Assembly (NCBI RefSeq): GCF_011386835.1
Contig: NC_088812.1
Coordinates: 2,852,001 to 2,916,000, forward strand
Reading direction: 5' to 3'
DNA from: Chrysemys picta bellii
Lineage: Eukaryota
DNA: 64,000 nt
Below, piece by piece: positions 17,740 to 30,000 of this stretch (its first letter is position 1; each line of letters opens with the position of its first letter). The translations under genes and the position numbers were made by a program. The notes below the pieces were generated by a model that was given only the letters and a program-made list of their open reading frames with translations, searched no databases and was not told the origin of the DNA.

Positions 17740-20733
17740 CTTGGCATCAGGGGCATTAGATGAGGGACTGCAGCAGAGGGGGGCAGAGCAGGTTCCCCCA
17801 GGATCGAGGGGTTATAGTAGGAGAGTCACATGGGGGGACTGCAGCAGAGGGAGGCAGAGCAGGTCCCCCCCAGGATCAGGGGGTGCAGTGGGAGTCAGGC
17901 TGGGGGGGCAGAGCCGGTTGCCCCAGGGTAAGGGGGTGCAGTGGGGGTCAGGTGGGGGGGGTGCAGCACAGGTGGGGCAGAACAGGTTCCCGCAGGATCA
18001 GAGGGTGTGGGGGGGTCAGGATCAGAGGCACAGGGGGGGTCAGTTGGGGGTGCAGCAGAGGGGGGCAGAGCAGATCCCCCCGGATCAGGGGGTGCAGTGG
18101 GGGGGTCAGGCTGGGGGGGCAGCAAAGGGGCACAGAGCAGATCCCCCCAGGATCAGGGGGTTAAGTGGGGGGTGCAGCAGAGGTGGGGCCAAGCAGGTCC
18201 CCCCAGGATCAGGGAGTGCAGTGGGGGGTCAGGCTGGGGGGGCAGAGCAGGCCCCCCCCACCCCGGATCAGGGGGTGCAGTATGGGTCAGGCTGGGGGGG
18301 CAGAGCAGGTCCCCCCAGGATCAGGGGGTGCAGCAGAGGGGGGCAGGGCAGGTCCCCCCATGATCAGGGGGTGCAGTGGAGGTGCAGCAGAGGGGGGCAG
18401 AACAGATCCCCCAGGATCAGGGGGTTAAGTGGGGGGTGCAGCAGAGGTGGGGCCGAGCAGGTCCCCCCAGGATAAGGGGGTGCAGTGGGGGTCAGGTGGG
18501 GGGTGCAGCACAGGTGGGGCAGAGCAGGTTCCCGCAGGATCAGAGGGTGTGGGGGGATCAGGATCAGAGGCACAGGGGGGTCAGTTGGGGGTGCGGCTGA
18601 GGGGAGCAGAGCAGATCCCCCAGGATCAGGGGGTGCAGTGGGGGTGCAGCAGAGGGGGGCAGGGCAGGCCCCACCCCGGATCAGGGGGCGCAGTGGGGGG
18701 TCAGGCTGGGGGGGCAAGGCAGGTCCCCCCGGATCAGGGGCACGGGGGGGGTGCAGCAGAGGGGAGCAGAGCAGGTCCCCCCCGGATCAAGGGGCACGGG
18801 GGGGGTGCAGCAGAGGGGGGCAGGGCAGCCCCCCCCCGGATCAGGGGGCGCAGTGGGGGGTCAGGCTGGGGGGGCAGGGCAGGTCCCCCCCGGATCAGGG
18901 GGTGCCCCACCCCGGATCAGGGGGCAGGTCCCCCCGGATCAGGGGGTGCAGTGGGGGTGCAGCAGAGGGGGGCAGGGCAGGTCCCCCCAGGATCAGGGGG
19001 TGCAGTGGGGGGTCTGGCTGGGGGGGCAGGGCAGGTCCCCCCGGATCAGGGGGTGCAGTGGGGGGTCAGGCTGGGAGTCAGAGCAGGTCCCCACAGGATC
19101 TGGGGATGCAGTGGGGGTGCACCAGAGGGAGGCAGAGAAGGTCCCCCCCGGATCAGGGGGTGCAGTGTGGGGTCAGGCTGGGGGGGCAGAGCAGGTCCCC
19201 CCCCAGATCAGGGGGTGCAGTGTGGGGTCAGGCTGGGGGGGCAAAGCAGGTCCCCCCAGGATCAGGGGGTGCAGTGGGGGTGCAGCAGAGGGGTGCAGAG
19301 CAGGTCCCCCCAGGATCAGGGGGTGCAGTGGGGGGTCAGGCTGGGAGTCAGAGCAGGTCCCCACAGGATCTGGGGATGCAGTGGGGGTGCACCAGAGGGA
19401 GGCAGAGCAGGTGCCCCCCGGATCAGGGGGTGCAGTGGAGGTGCACCAGAGGGGGGCAGACAGGTCCCCCCTGGATCAGGGGGTGCACCAGAGGGGGGCA
19501 GAGCAGGTCCCCCCGGATCAGGGGGTGCAGCAGAGGGGGGGCAGGGCAGGTCCCACCAGATCTGGGGGTGCAGTGGGGGGGTCAGGCTGGGGGGTCAGGG
19601 CAGGTCCCCCCCCAGGATCTGTGGTGCAGTGAGGGTAAGGCTGGGGGGGGCGGAGCAGGTCCCCCCGGATCAGGGGGTGCAGTGGGGGTGCAGCAGAGGG
19701 GGACAGGGCAGGTCCCCCCAGGATCAGGGGGTGCAGTGGGGGGTCAGGCTGGGGGGGCAGGGCAGGTCCCCCCCGGATCGGGGGTGCAGTGGGGGGTCAG
19801 GCTGGGGGGGGAGGGCAGGTCCCCCCCGGATCTGGGGGTGCAGTGGGGGTGCAGCAGAGGGGTGCAGAGCAGGTGCCCCCGGATCAGGGGGTGCAGTGGG
19901 GGGTCAGGCTGGGGGGGCAGGGCAGGTCCAACCCCAGATCAGGGGGTGCAGTGGGGGGTCAGGCTGGGGGGGGAGGGCAGGTCCCCCCCGGATCTGGGGG
20001 TGCAGTGGGGGTGCAGCAGAGGGGTGCAGAGCAGGTGCCCCCGGATCAGGGGGTGCAGTGGGGGGTCAGGCTGGGAGGGCAGGGCAGGTCCAACCCCAGA
20101 TCAGGGGGTGCAGTGGGGGGTCAGGCTTGGGGGGCAGGGCAGGTCCCCCCCGGATCAGGGGGGTGCAGAGGGGGTGCAGCAGAGAGGGGCAGGGCAGGTC
20201 CCCCCCGGATCTGGGGGTGCAGTGGGGGGTCAGGCGGGGGGGGCAGGGCAGGTCCCCCCGGATCAGGGGGTGCAGTGGGGGGTCAGGCTGGGGGGGCAGA
20301 GCAGGTCCCCCCAGGATCAGGGGGTGCAGTGGGGGGGGTCAGGCGGGGGGGGCAGGGCAGGTCCCCCCCGGATCAGGGGGTGCAGAGGGGGTGCAGCAGA
20401 GAGGGGCAGGGCAGGTCTCCCCCCGGATCTGGGGGTGCAGTGGGGGGTCAGGCGGGGGGGCAGGGCAGGTCCCCCCCGGATCAGGGGGTGCAGTGGGGTC
20501 AGGCTGGGGGGGGCAGAGCAGGTCCCCCCAGGATCTGGGGGTGCAGTGGGGGTGCAGCAGAGGGGTGCAGAGCAGGTGCCCCCGGATCAGGGGGTGCAGT
20601 GGGGGGTCAGGCTGGGGGGGGCAGGGCAGGTCCAACCCCAGATCAGGGGGTTGCAGTGGGGGGGTCAGGCTGGGGGGGCAGGGCAGGTCCCCCCCGGATC
20701 AGGGGGTGCAGAGGGGGGTGCAGCAGAGGAGGG
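17740..20733. repeat. G-rich complex tandem satellite (>3 kb, runs into gap)
   Basis: Shuffled modules ggatcagggggtgcagtggggg / tcaggctggggggg / cagggcaggtccccccc. Explains the 943, 1075 and 495 aa pseudo-ORFs. Confidence 0.95.
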
Positions 20734-21233
20734 NNNNNNNNNNNNNNNNNNNNNNNNNNNNNNNNNNNNNNNNNNNNNNNNNNNNNNNNNNNNNNNNNNN
20801 NNNNNNNNNNNNNNNNNNNNNNNNNNNNNNNNNNNNNNNNNNNNNNNNNNNNNNNNNNNNNNNNNNNNNNNNNNNNNNNNNNNNNNNNNNNNNNNNNNNN
20901 NNNNNNNNNNNNNNNNNNNNNNNNNNNNNNNNNNNNNNNNNNNNNNNNNNNNNNNNNNNNNNNNNNNNNNNNNNNNNNNNNNNNNNNNNNNNNNNNNNNN
21001 NNNNNNNNNNNNNNNNNNNNNNNNNNNNNNNNNNNNNNNNNNNNNNNNNNNNNNNNNNNNNNNNNNNNNNNNNNNNNNNNNNNNNNNNNNNNNNNNNNNN
21101 NNNNNNNNNNNNNNNNNNNNNNNNNNNNNNNNNNNNNNNNNNNNNNNNNNNNNNNNNNNNNNNNNNNNNNNNNNNNNNNNNNNNNNNNNNNNNNNNNNNN
21201 NNNNNNNNNNNNNNNNNNNNNNNNNNNNNNNNN
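20734..21233. other. Assembly gap (500 N)
   Basis: Exactly 500 N; true size unknown. Confidence 1.
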
Positions 21234-21325
21234 GGATTCCGTGCTCAGGGAGTCACGTGAAGGGTGGGTCACATGATAGCAGGAGCTGCCTGCCAGGCGC
21301 AGGGTGCAGGGGCTGCGGGCGGAAG
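21234..21325 (+). promoter_or_regulatory. MAN2B1 proximal promoter/5'UTR with CLEAR-like E-boxes
   Basis: GTCACGTGAA at 21252-21261 and GTCACATGA at 21268-21276, plus GCGGAAG (Ets-like) immediately before the ATG at 21326. Confidence 0.7.
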
Positions 21326-24300
21326 ATGGGGCTGCCCGTGGGGCTGATCCTGGGCGTGGGGCTGCTGGGGGCGGCCGCAGCCGGCTGTGGCTATGAGGTG
21401 AGGGGAGAGGGGGGCCAAGGGGCTATGGGTGGGGGGCGCCCTGTGCGGGAGGAAGGGGGGCAGCAGGGTGGGTCTGGGGAAAAGGGGGAGGAGGAGGCGT
21501 GGAGGAGAATCGGGGGGTCCCGGAGGGGGGCTTTGGCTGAAGGGGAGGCGTTAGAGGGCTCTGGGGAAGTGGGTGCTGGTGGGATAGGGGAGATCTCGGG
21601 GGGGGGGGCAGGTGAAGGAGGGTTGTGGGAAGGGGGGCTCGGGGAACGGGGAGGTGTTTCTGAGAGGTGGGGGAGGAATGAGAGGAGGGCCCAGATGCAT
21701 TGGGGGTTCTGAGACTGTGGGGTGAAAGGGGGGATGAGGTTCGGGGGTGGGGGGTGCTCTTGTGTTTGAGCCATGGTGGGGAAGGCAGGACAGTCCAGAG
21801 TTTAGCTGGCGTTGCAGTGGCTGCATCTTATTCCCCCCCCCGCCCCACACACTCACATCCTCCGCCCAGTTCTGGGCCGTGGTGGGCAGCTGGGGGCTCA
21901 AAGCAATGCTTAGTTCCCGTTGCAGATAACTAGCCGTCTCGAGGGTCACCCCCCACCCCTCCCGAGTTCAGTAAAACAGGGAGCACTGACCGCATGAGCT
22001 TGGGGAGAGCCCTAGCAGTGGGGGCGTTAGGGGGTTAATACTGTGCAGATTGGTGCCTTTGTCTGTTTCTGCATTTTGTTCCTCTTCCTTTCCTGCCCCC
22101 ATCTCCCTAAACTGTCACTTCCTCTCGGTGAGATGATGATTATGATAATTAGCGATCTCCCGTTGTGAGCTCTGCAAAGCTGAGCACCTTGGCCAGGGTG
22201 ACATCTTTCCATTTTATAGCTGGGGAGCCTGCGGCTCAAGGCTGGGGACAGAAGAATCCAGCTCTAACCTGCTCTAACCACTAGACATCACTCTCCCTAC
22301 CAAGCTGGGGATCAAACCCCAGAATCCTGACTTCTAGCCTCCCTGCTCTAACCACCAACCTTGCCTCCCTCCCAGAGCTGGGGCTAGAACCCAAGAGTCC
22401 TGACTCCCCAGCCAGGTACCCCTGGTCTATACTGAACACTTAGATTGACCTAGCTCTGTCGCTCGGGGCTGTGAAAAAGTTAGTGCCATGAGCACTGGAC
22501 TTAGGACAACCTAACCCCAGCGTAGATACAGCTAGAATCCTTCTGTCAACCTAGCTGCTGACTCTCAGAGAAGTGGATTAACTACATCAGTGGAAAAAAC
22601 TCCTTCAGTCTGCTGTTGGCGTGTGATTTATTGTTCAGTAGCTGTTTGTCCAAAGCCCTAGAGAATCTAGTGCAGGGAGCAGTCCGGCTCTGAGCAGGGG
22701 GCTGTGAAGAAGACAATTGCCTCTTTCCACCTTTTCTTGGCTACACCGAGCAATATCCATTCAGATCGGTATCTCCTATCTGCAGGATATTGGCCCCGAG
22801 CACCCTTACAATGGGGTTTGTTTGTACGCTGCGGCCTTCCCCTCCAGTTCGCATCATGTCTGGTTATTTCTCTCCTCATAGTCCTGCCCGGCCACTAAAG
22901 CAGACATGCTGAATGTCCACTTGATCCCTCACACGCACAACGATGTGGGCTGGCTGAAAACAGTGGATCAGTATTTTTATGGAGGTATGTGGCGGAGATG
23001 GCACGCAAGGGGCGGGAGGGAGGGTTTCCATGCACCGGAGCTGCTGCTGTCAGACTCAGTGGGTTAATCCCTGTCTCTTACCTCGGGCTCGCCATCAGTA
23101 CATCTCAAAGCACTGGACAAAGGAGGTCAGTATTGTCATCCCCATTTCATAGGTAGGGAAACTGAGGCACAGAGCGAGGCGATTTGCCCAAGGTCACCCA
23201 GTAGGCCAGTGGCAGAGACAGGAATAAGAGACTCTGGCTCTCCTGTGTCCCAGAGAACAGAGAGACCCTGGATCTCCTTTCCCCAAACACTAAGCCAGCT
23301 GGCCCACGCAGCAGGATCAAATCTGAAGGCCAGTGTCGCTATCTGATCCCTGTTTCTGCTGGGTTTAGAGCTGGCTGTGACCCTGCATGAGTCTAAGCTG
23401 AGGGAGGGCTCCTTTCTGCGGCAAGGTGTGGGCAGGGGAGGAAGTGCTGCTCGTCAGCATACTTACTTCCTCTGCTGCTGATGGAGGTAGCGAGCACCTC
23501 CCAACCCTGGCCGTGCTGTAGGGACCTGCTCCAGGCCTGGGGGAAGCTCCACCTCGCCTCCCTGCCAGATGCTAGATAAAGTCTGTGTCGCCTGCCAGAA
23601 TATTTCATGGCAGTTCACAGGCACTCACGGACTAAGCGTCCTAGGACTTGCCTGTGGTCACACAGTGAATCTGAGTGGGGATTGGAACCCAGGAGTCCTG
23701 AAAGCCCGATTGGAACCCAGGAGTCCTGAAAGCCCCACTCCGCTCTAACCACTAGACCCTGCTCCTCTCCAGACCTGGATAGAACCCAGGAGTCCTGAAA
23801 TCCCCACCCTGCTCTAACCCCTAAACCCTGCTCCGTCTCCAGACCTGGAAATAGAACCCAGGAGTCCTGAATCCCAGGCTCCCCCACCCTTGTGCTCTAA
23901 CAACTAGATCCCACTCCTCTCCCAGAAGCCAGGAATGTAGCGCCCCCCCCCCCCAATCATTAGATCCTGCTTCTTCAGAGCATTTTGTATCAGTCCTTGG
24001 CAGGCCAAGGAACATATTGAACCTTTGTCATTCCCCCGCTGTTCTCCCCCGGCCATAATAAGCCCGTGGTCTTACTCACCAGGATATTAATGTCACCTTT
24101 TAGAGGCCATGTCTCACGAGGGCGGCTTTTCCATGACATCAGTCAAGGCCAGCACATAGTTAGTGGAAACATTAATGCCTTTGGAGCATCTTATCTCTCA
24201 GGCCATAGAGAAAGCCGTGCAGGATGGGCGTGACTTAAGCAGAAGCCTAGGTCATGGGGGCCTTTCAACAGGGGGCGGGGGGTGGGGACTGGCTGACTCA

Positions 24301-26978
24301 GTGGGTGGGGAATGGGCCATGGGGTGGGGGCTGGCTGGTTGAGGGGTGAGACTCCAGGGGGCGCTGTGCGTGCAAGCTGATCTCACCCTGATGCTGTCCC
24401 TGCTCGGGGGAGAGACAGATTTTGAACTGCAGGAGGTGCTTGGAGGGGAGGAGGGGGCAGAGCAGTTATGGGGAAGGGTGCTTCTCCCTGCTCTGGAGAG
24501 ACAGAAAGATCTGAGATTCCCAGGGGTGCTGCCATGGCCGGGGGGGATCCAGCCCTCTGGAGGGGCGCTGCGGGTGTTGTGGCAAGGTGGGGGATCCCAC
24601 CCTCCTGGGGGTGCTGTGGCTGGGTCGTGGGGGGATCTGGCTCCGCTGCCGTCCCTGCTCTGAGATTCCCTGGACGTCTCCGCTCAGCCCCGTGCCTTCC
24701 CTCCGCAGCGCGCAACGACATCCAGCACGCCGGTGTGCAGTACATCCTGGACTCCGTCATCCCCCAGCTCCTGGCCGACCCCACCAAGCGCTTTATCTAC
24801 GTCGAGGTGGCCTTCTTCTACCGCTGGTGGCGGCTGCAGGCGGAGTCCACGCGGCAGGCGGTGAGGCAGCTGGTCAGCGAGGGTAAGGGATCCCGCGCCG
24901 GCTGGCCAGCCGGGCGCTGCTCTTGCGGCAGAAGGCGGTGTGACCTGCACTGCTGGGGCTGGTGATGTCCCCCAACCGGTCATACAGAGAGTGTCTGCGT
25001 AGGTGGGACAGATGGGGAGAGACAGACGCTCACAGCGATTCTTTGCCTCAGTTGGGTGTGGGGGTGGGGGTGTGTTTCTCTCACACTGAGAGACACACAC
25101 TCTCTCTTTCTCTCTCTCTCTCCAGGCATATGCTCCTGGGTGTACGTTGTGCAATATTGATTAGTACAGGCCCATGTGTGTGAAAGACACACGCCCAGAT
25201 AATATGCCTGGGTCAATCAGTGGGCGTGTGTGTGATGGGTTCGGTCACAGAGACCCCCTTGGGACTGTCACCTGATGTGCTGAAGTTACCTCTGAGCCTG
25301 TTTTCCCTGCCAGCTTGGGTCTCCAGAACCCTGCCTTGTTGAACCAGCACGCTAGCCTGCTGCAACACAGACCCAGGTCTGAACCCCCAAAGCTGCAGAC
25401 TTTAACCAAAAACTGCTCAGCAGGTCACCTGTCTCCAGCACCCAGCTCCCAATGGGCTCCAAACCCCAAATAAATCCGTTTTACTCTATATAAAGCTTAT
25501 ACAGGGTAAATTCATGAACTGTCCACCCTCTGTAACACTGATAGAGAGATATGCACAGCTGTTTGCTCCCCCAGGTATTAATCACTTACTCTGGGTTTAA
25601 TAATAAACAAAAGTGATTTTTATTAAGTATAAAAAGTAGGATTTAAGTGGTTCCAAGTAATAACAGACAGAACAAAGTAAGTTACCAAGCAAAATAAAAC
25701 AAAAACACACAAGTCTTAGCCTGATACATTAAGAAACTGATTTCAGGTAAATCTCACCCTCAGAGATGTTCCAATAAGCTTCTTTCACAGACTAGACTCC
25801 TTCCTAGTCTGGGCCCAAACCTTTCCCCTGGTACAGTCCTTGTTAGTTCCAGCAGGCATCTTAGGTGAGAAGCAGGGGCTTTCTCATGACTGGACCCCTC
25901 CTTGTCCTGCTCCCCCTTTTATAGCTTTGGCACAAGGTGGGAATCCTTTGTCTCTCTGGGTCCCCACCCCTCCTTCTAAACGGGAAAAGCACCAGGTTTA
26001 AGATGGATTCCAGTATCATGTGACATGGTCACATGTCACTGTAAGGCCTCATTCTTCTGACACACACAGGCAGGCTTGCAGGTAAACAAACCATTTACAA
26101 CCGATTGTCCTGGTCACTGGGAGCCATCGAGATTCTAAACCACCATTAATGGCCCACACTTTGCAAAATTACAGAGGCCCTCAGAGTTGTACTTCATATT
26201 CCTAGTTTCAGATACAAGAAGGATACGTTCATACAAACAGGATGACCACACTCAGTAGATTATAAGTTTTGTAATGATACCTTACAGGAGACCTTAGCAT
26301 AAAGCATATTCCAGTTACATCATGTTCACACTTATAAACAGAACAGGAGTACTTGTGGCACCTTAGAGACTAACACATTTATTTGAGCATAAGCTTTCGT
26401 GGGCTACAGCCCACTTCATCAGATGCAACTGAAAGCTTATGCTCAAATAAATTTGCTAGTCTCTAAGGTGCCACAAATACTCCTGTTCTTTTTGCAGATA
26501 CAGACTAACACGGCTGCTACTCTGAAACCCGACACTTACAAACATATTTGTATAAAGCATATGGAGCACAACGTCACTACAGGCCCATGGCCCGTGTGTG
26601 TGAAAGACACACGCCCAGATAATATGCCTGGGCCAATCAGTGGGCGCGCGTGGCCTGATACACAACAACCCAGCCAAACTCCCTGTGTGTGTGCGAGCAC
26701 ATGTCAGATCCCTGCATTGGCCTGTACTGTATGCGCCTGTGCCCGTCCCAGTGTGTGGGTCTCGCTCTCCCACACTGACACTTTGCCTGTACTGGTGAGT
26801 ACCTCGCAACACACACGCACAGAGGAGGCAAATGGCTGGGGTGTCTCTCTGTCACACACATGCATGTGGGGCGTTTGCTTGGGTCATCTTGTGTCTCTCG
26901 CACAACTTGATTCAGATCTTTATTGGCATGGTGTAAAACAGTTCACAGACGCTCCTAGCAGTGGCTGCGGGTAGCCCA

Positions 26979-27009
<31 letters not shown>

Positions 27010-30000
27010 CTGCCACACACACACAGTGTTTGCTTGTGTGGATCAATTGGCCTGTGCCATCTTCTGTCTGTGCTGTCCCACCCCCTCAGAAGGTCCCTGG
27101 CTTCTCTCCTTCCCCGGTGCTGCCAGGCAGCTGAAGACTGCAGTGGTGCCCCGGCCTCTCTGCTCGCCTGGCGCTGAGGGTGACCCGCCCCCTCTCCCTC
27201 TCCTTCCCCCTCCCCGCAGGGCGGCTGGAATTTATCAACGGCGGCTGGTGCATGAACGACGAGGCGGCCGCCCACTACAACGCCATGATCGACCAGATGA
27301 CGCTGGGGCTGCGCTTCCTACAGGAGACCTTCGGGGAGTGTGGCCGGCCTCGCGCCGCCTGGCACATCGACCCCTTCGGCCACTCCCGAGAGCAGGCCTC
27401 CCTCTTCGCTCAGGTGAGGTCTTCTGCGGGGGGGGTCTTCTGCCCCCCCCAACAGGCAGGGACTTTGGAGGCCAAGGGGGTAGCCTGCTGGGGACAACGT
27501 GTCACTCTCCACCAGCAGGTCTCAAAGTGCTTTGTGCAGGTCAGGAGCATTATCCCCACTTTCCAGGTGGGGAAACTGAGGCACGAAGCAGGGGCGGGAC
27601 TTGCCCAAGGTCACCCAGCAGGCCCGTGGCAGAGCTGGGAATAGAACCCAGGTCTCCCGAGTCCCCGTCCAGCGCTCAAACCGCAAGGCCATGCTGCTGC
27701 CTCAGTGTTTGCTGGCTCCCAGAGGCTGTTGGCATTGACACCCCCTCTCCCCCCCCCCCCCCCCGTCCCCTTTCCAGATGGGCTTCGATGGCTTCTTTTT
27801 TGGCCGTCTGGATTACCAGGACAAAGCCAACCGGGAGCAGCTGCGGGAGATGGAGCAGATCTGGAGAGCGAGCGCCAGCCTGCAGCCACCCGGCGCCGAC
27901 CTCTTCACCGGTGAGCTGGAGTGGGGATGCTGGCAGGTCTTCCCGGGACGTTCCAAGTCCCAATTTTGGGGGGCGGGGCACCTGTGCCACAGACAGACAG
28001 TGCTATGCGCCAATGGGCAGCCAGGGCTGGCAGGTGGGTGGGCCCCATGGGTGTGTGTGTGGGGGGGTGACTCATGGTTGAGGGGGAGGCAGTGGTAGAA
28101 GCAGGAAGGCTGCCCCCAGGCCGACCCACCTGATGGGATCTGGGGTGTCCAGCTGGGGGCCTGGAATGGAGGGGAGGAGAGGGGCTGGCCTGGAGGTCCC
28201 TCCCCCCCTCTTTTTTGTACTTCAGAGGTGGCACCCCTAGTCCGGGGCGTGGGGGCAGAGATTGGGTGCCTGGCCTGCACTCCTGGCTGGATGCAGTCTG
28301 ATCTCTCTCCCACCCCCCCCGATGTTTGCACCCCTGTAGGCCAGTTCCTTTTGCCCTGGGGGAGCCTCACAGGGCAGAGCCGCCCATGGGTCCTGGCTCT
28401 GTGCTGGCCCCCGACACCCGCATCGTCCCTCACATTGCTGGCTGGATCCCGCCCCATGCCCCCGGTGATCTTGTTCCCCCCTCCACCCAGGTGTCCTCCC
28501 CAACGGCTACAACCCGCCCCTGTCCCTCTGCTGGGATCAGTTCTGCTCTGACAGCCCCATCGTGGACGATGCGAGTGATGAGAACAACGTGGACAGCCTG
28601 GTGGCATATTTCCTGGGAACCGCGGCTGCCCAGGTGAGAGGTGGGAAGGGAGCGGGGGTGGCCCTCTGCAGCCAGCTGGCCTTATGTCTAGGGCTTAGAG
28701 CAAAGGGCTGGGAGCCAGGACTCCTGGGTTCTATTTCTGGCTCTGGGAGGGAAAGTGGTTAGAGCAGGGGGCTGGAAGTCAGGATTCCTGGGTTTGATTC
28801 CTATCTGGGCTGGTGCCTGAGTTTGCATAAGTTATTGGGACGCTCAGCTGTTGGTGCGACTCTTGTGATTGGCTGCCTGGGGTTTGGGTGGGGAATTGCT
28901 GGTCCATGGGGGAAAGTCACAAGTGTCATTTTACAGCCAGAGAGGCGCTGTAGTGTAGACCCTTTTGGGGGACGTGACTTTCTTGGCCCCATGGTTAGCT
29001 TCACCACTGCGTGGGCGGACGCCGTTTCTGTCCCTGGTGTAATAATTGCCGGTAGAGCATGGAACTAGGTAATGAACCAGCCCCAGAAAGGAGCGGAATG
29101 GGATTGCCCCAGGGACAGCTTCCGCCCCCGTGACACACGGCCAGTCTCTGTCCGGCCGCAATACACAGCTGAATATTTGGGACCAGGCCCCATTTTCCTC
29201 CTCCGCCCCAAGATCGCACTGGGGGAGCCTCCCTGGAGTCTCCAGGCGCTCTCCGTCATTCGCTCTGGTGACGGGTGTGTCAGCCCAGTGCCCCGGGACC
29301 CTGCCCCGCAGCTCCCTGCTAGAGCAGGTGAGAAACGCGTCGAAATGACTTGTCCGCCAAACGCCCATTTTGCAAAACCAGAATTTCCTGCGGGAAAAAA
29401 TTTCAGTTTTGCCGAAACAATTTTGACCTTCCCCGTGGGGAAAGCGGAACCGACGGCTGCCTGCCAGGCGCTCGCCACGGGGACGCCTTCGCCCGGGATC
29501 TGGGTACCGAGCCGGGGGCGTCTCGGAGTGGGGAGCGTCAAGTGTCTCCTCCCGTCGTCTCCTTGCAGGCCAAGCACTACCGCACTAAGCACATCGTCAT
29601 GACGATGGGCTCGGATTTCCAGTACGAGAACGCCAACCTGTGGTACAAGAACATGGACAAGCTCATCAAACACGTCAACGCGCAGGTAACGGGGGTCAGG
29701 AGCCCCTTGGGGGGGCAGGGATTCCCCCCCCCCCCGGGACTGCAAGTGGCGGGGGAGGTTAGGAGCCCCTTGCTAGGCAGGGCTCCCCCTGTCGGCTGGG
29801 GATGCCTGCTGGGCCGGGAGAGGCTCCCCGCTCCAGATGCAGAGGGTTGGGCTCCCACTGCCTGACCCACAGGCCAAGCCCCTGGGGGCAGCCATGTGGC
29901 CCAGGCAGGAGGCCCGTTGCCCTCGGCAGGGCCCTGCTGTGATTGGGCAACGGCTGGGCTCGAACCCGGGTCCTTGGGCTCTGGGAGTGGCAGGCTGCAG

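Larger units (their letters stand above)
25231..26578. mobile_element. Solo LTR (about 1.15 kb excluding the nested Penelope insert)
   Basis: Begins tgtgatggg and ends ...ggagcacaacgtcac. Shares length and terminal words with the LTR at 39567-42146. Confidence 0.6.

Noticed and set aside
18429-21712. 943-1075 aa Gly-rich ORFs
   Set aside because: They are translations of a stop-poor G-rich satellite read through an N gap. Several frames are open and there is no domain signal.
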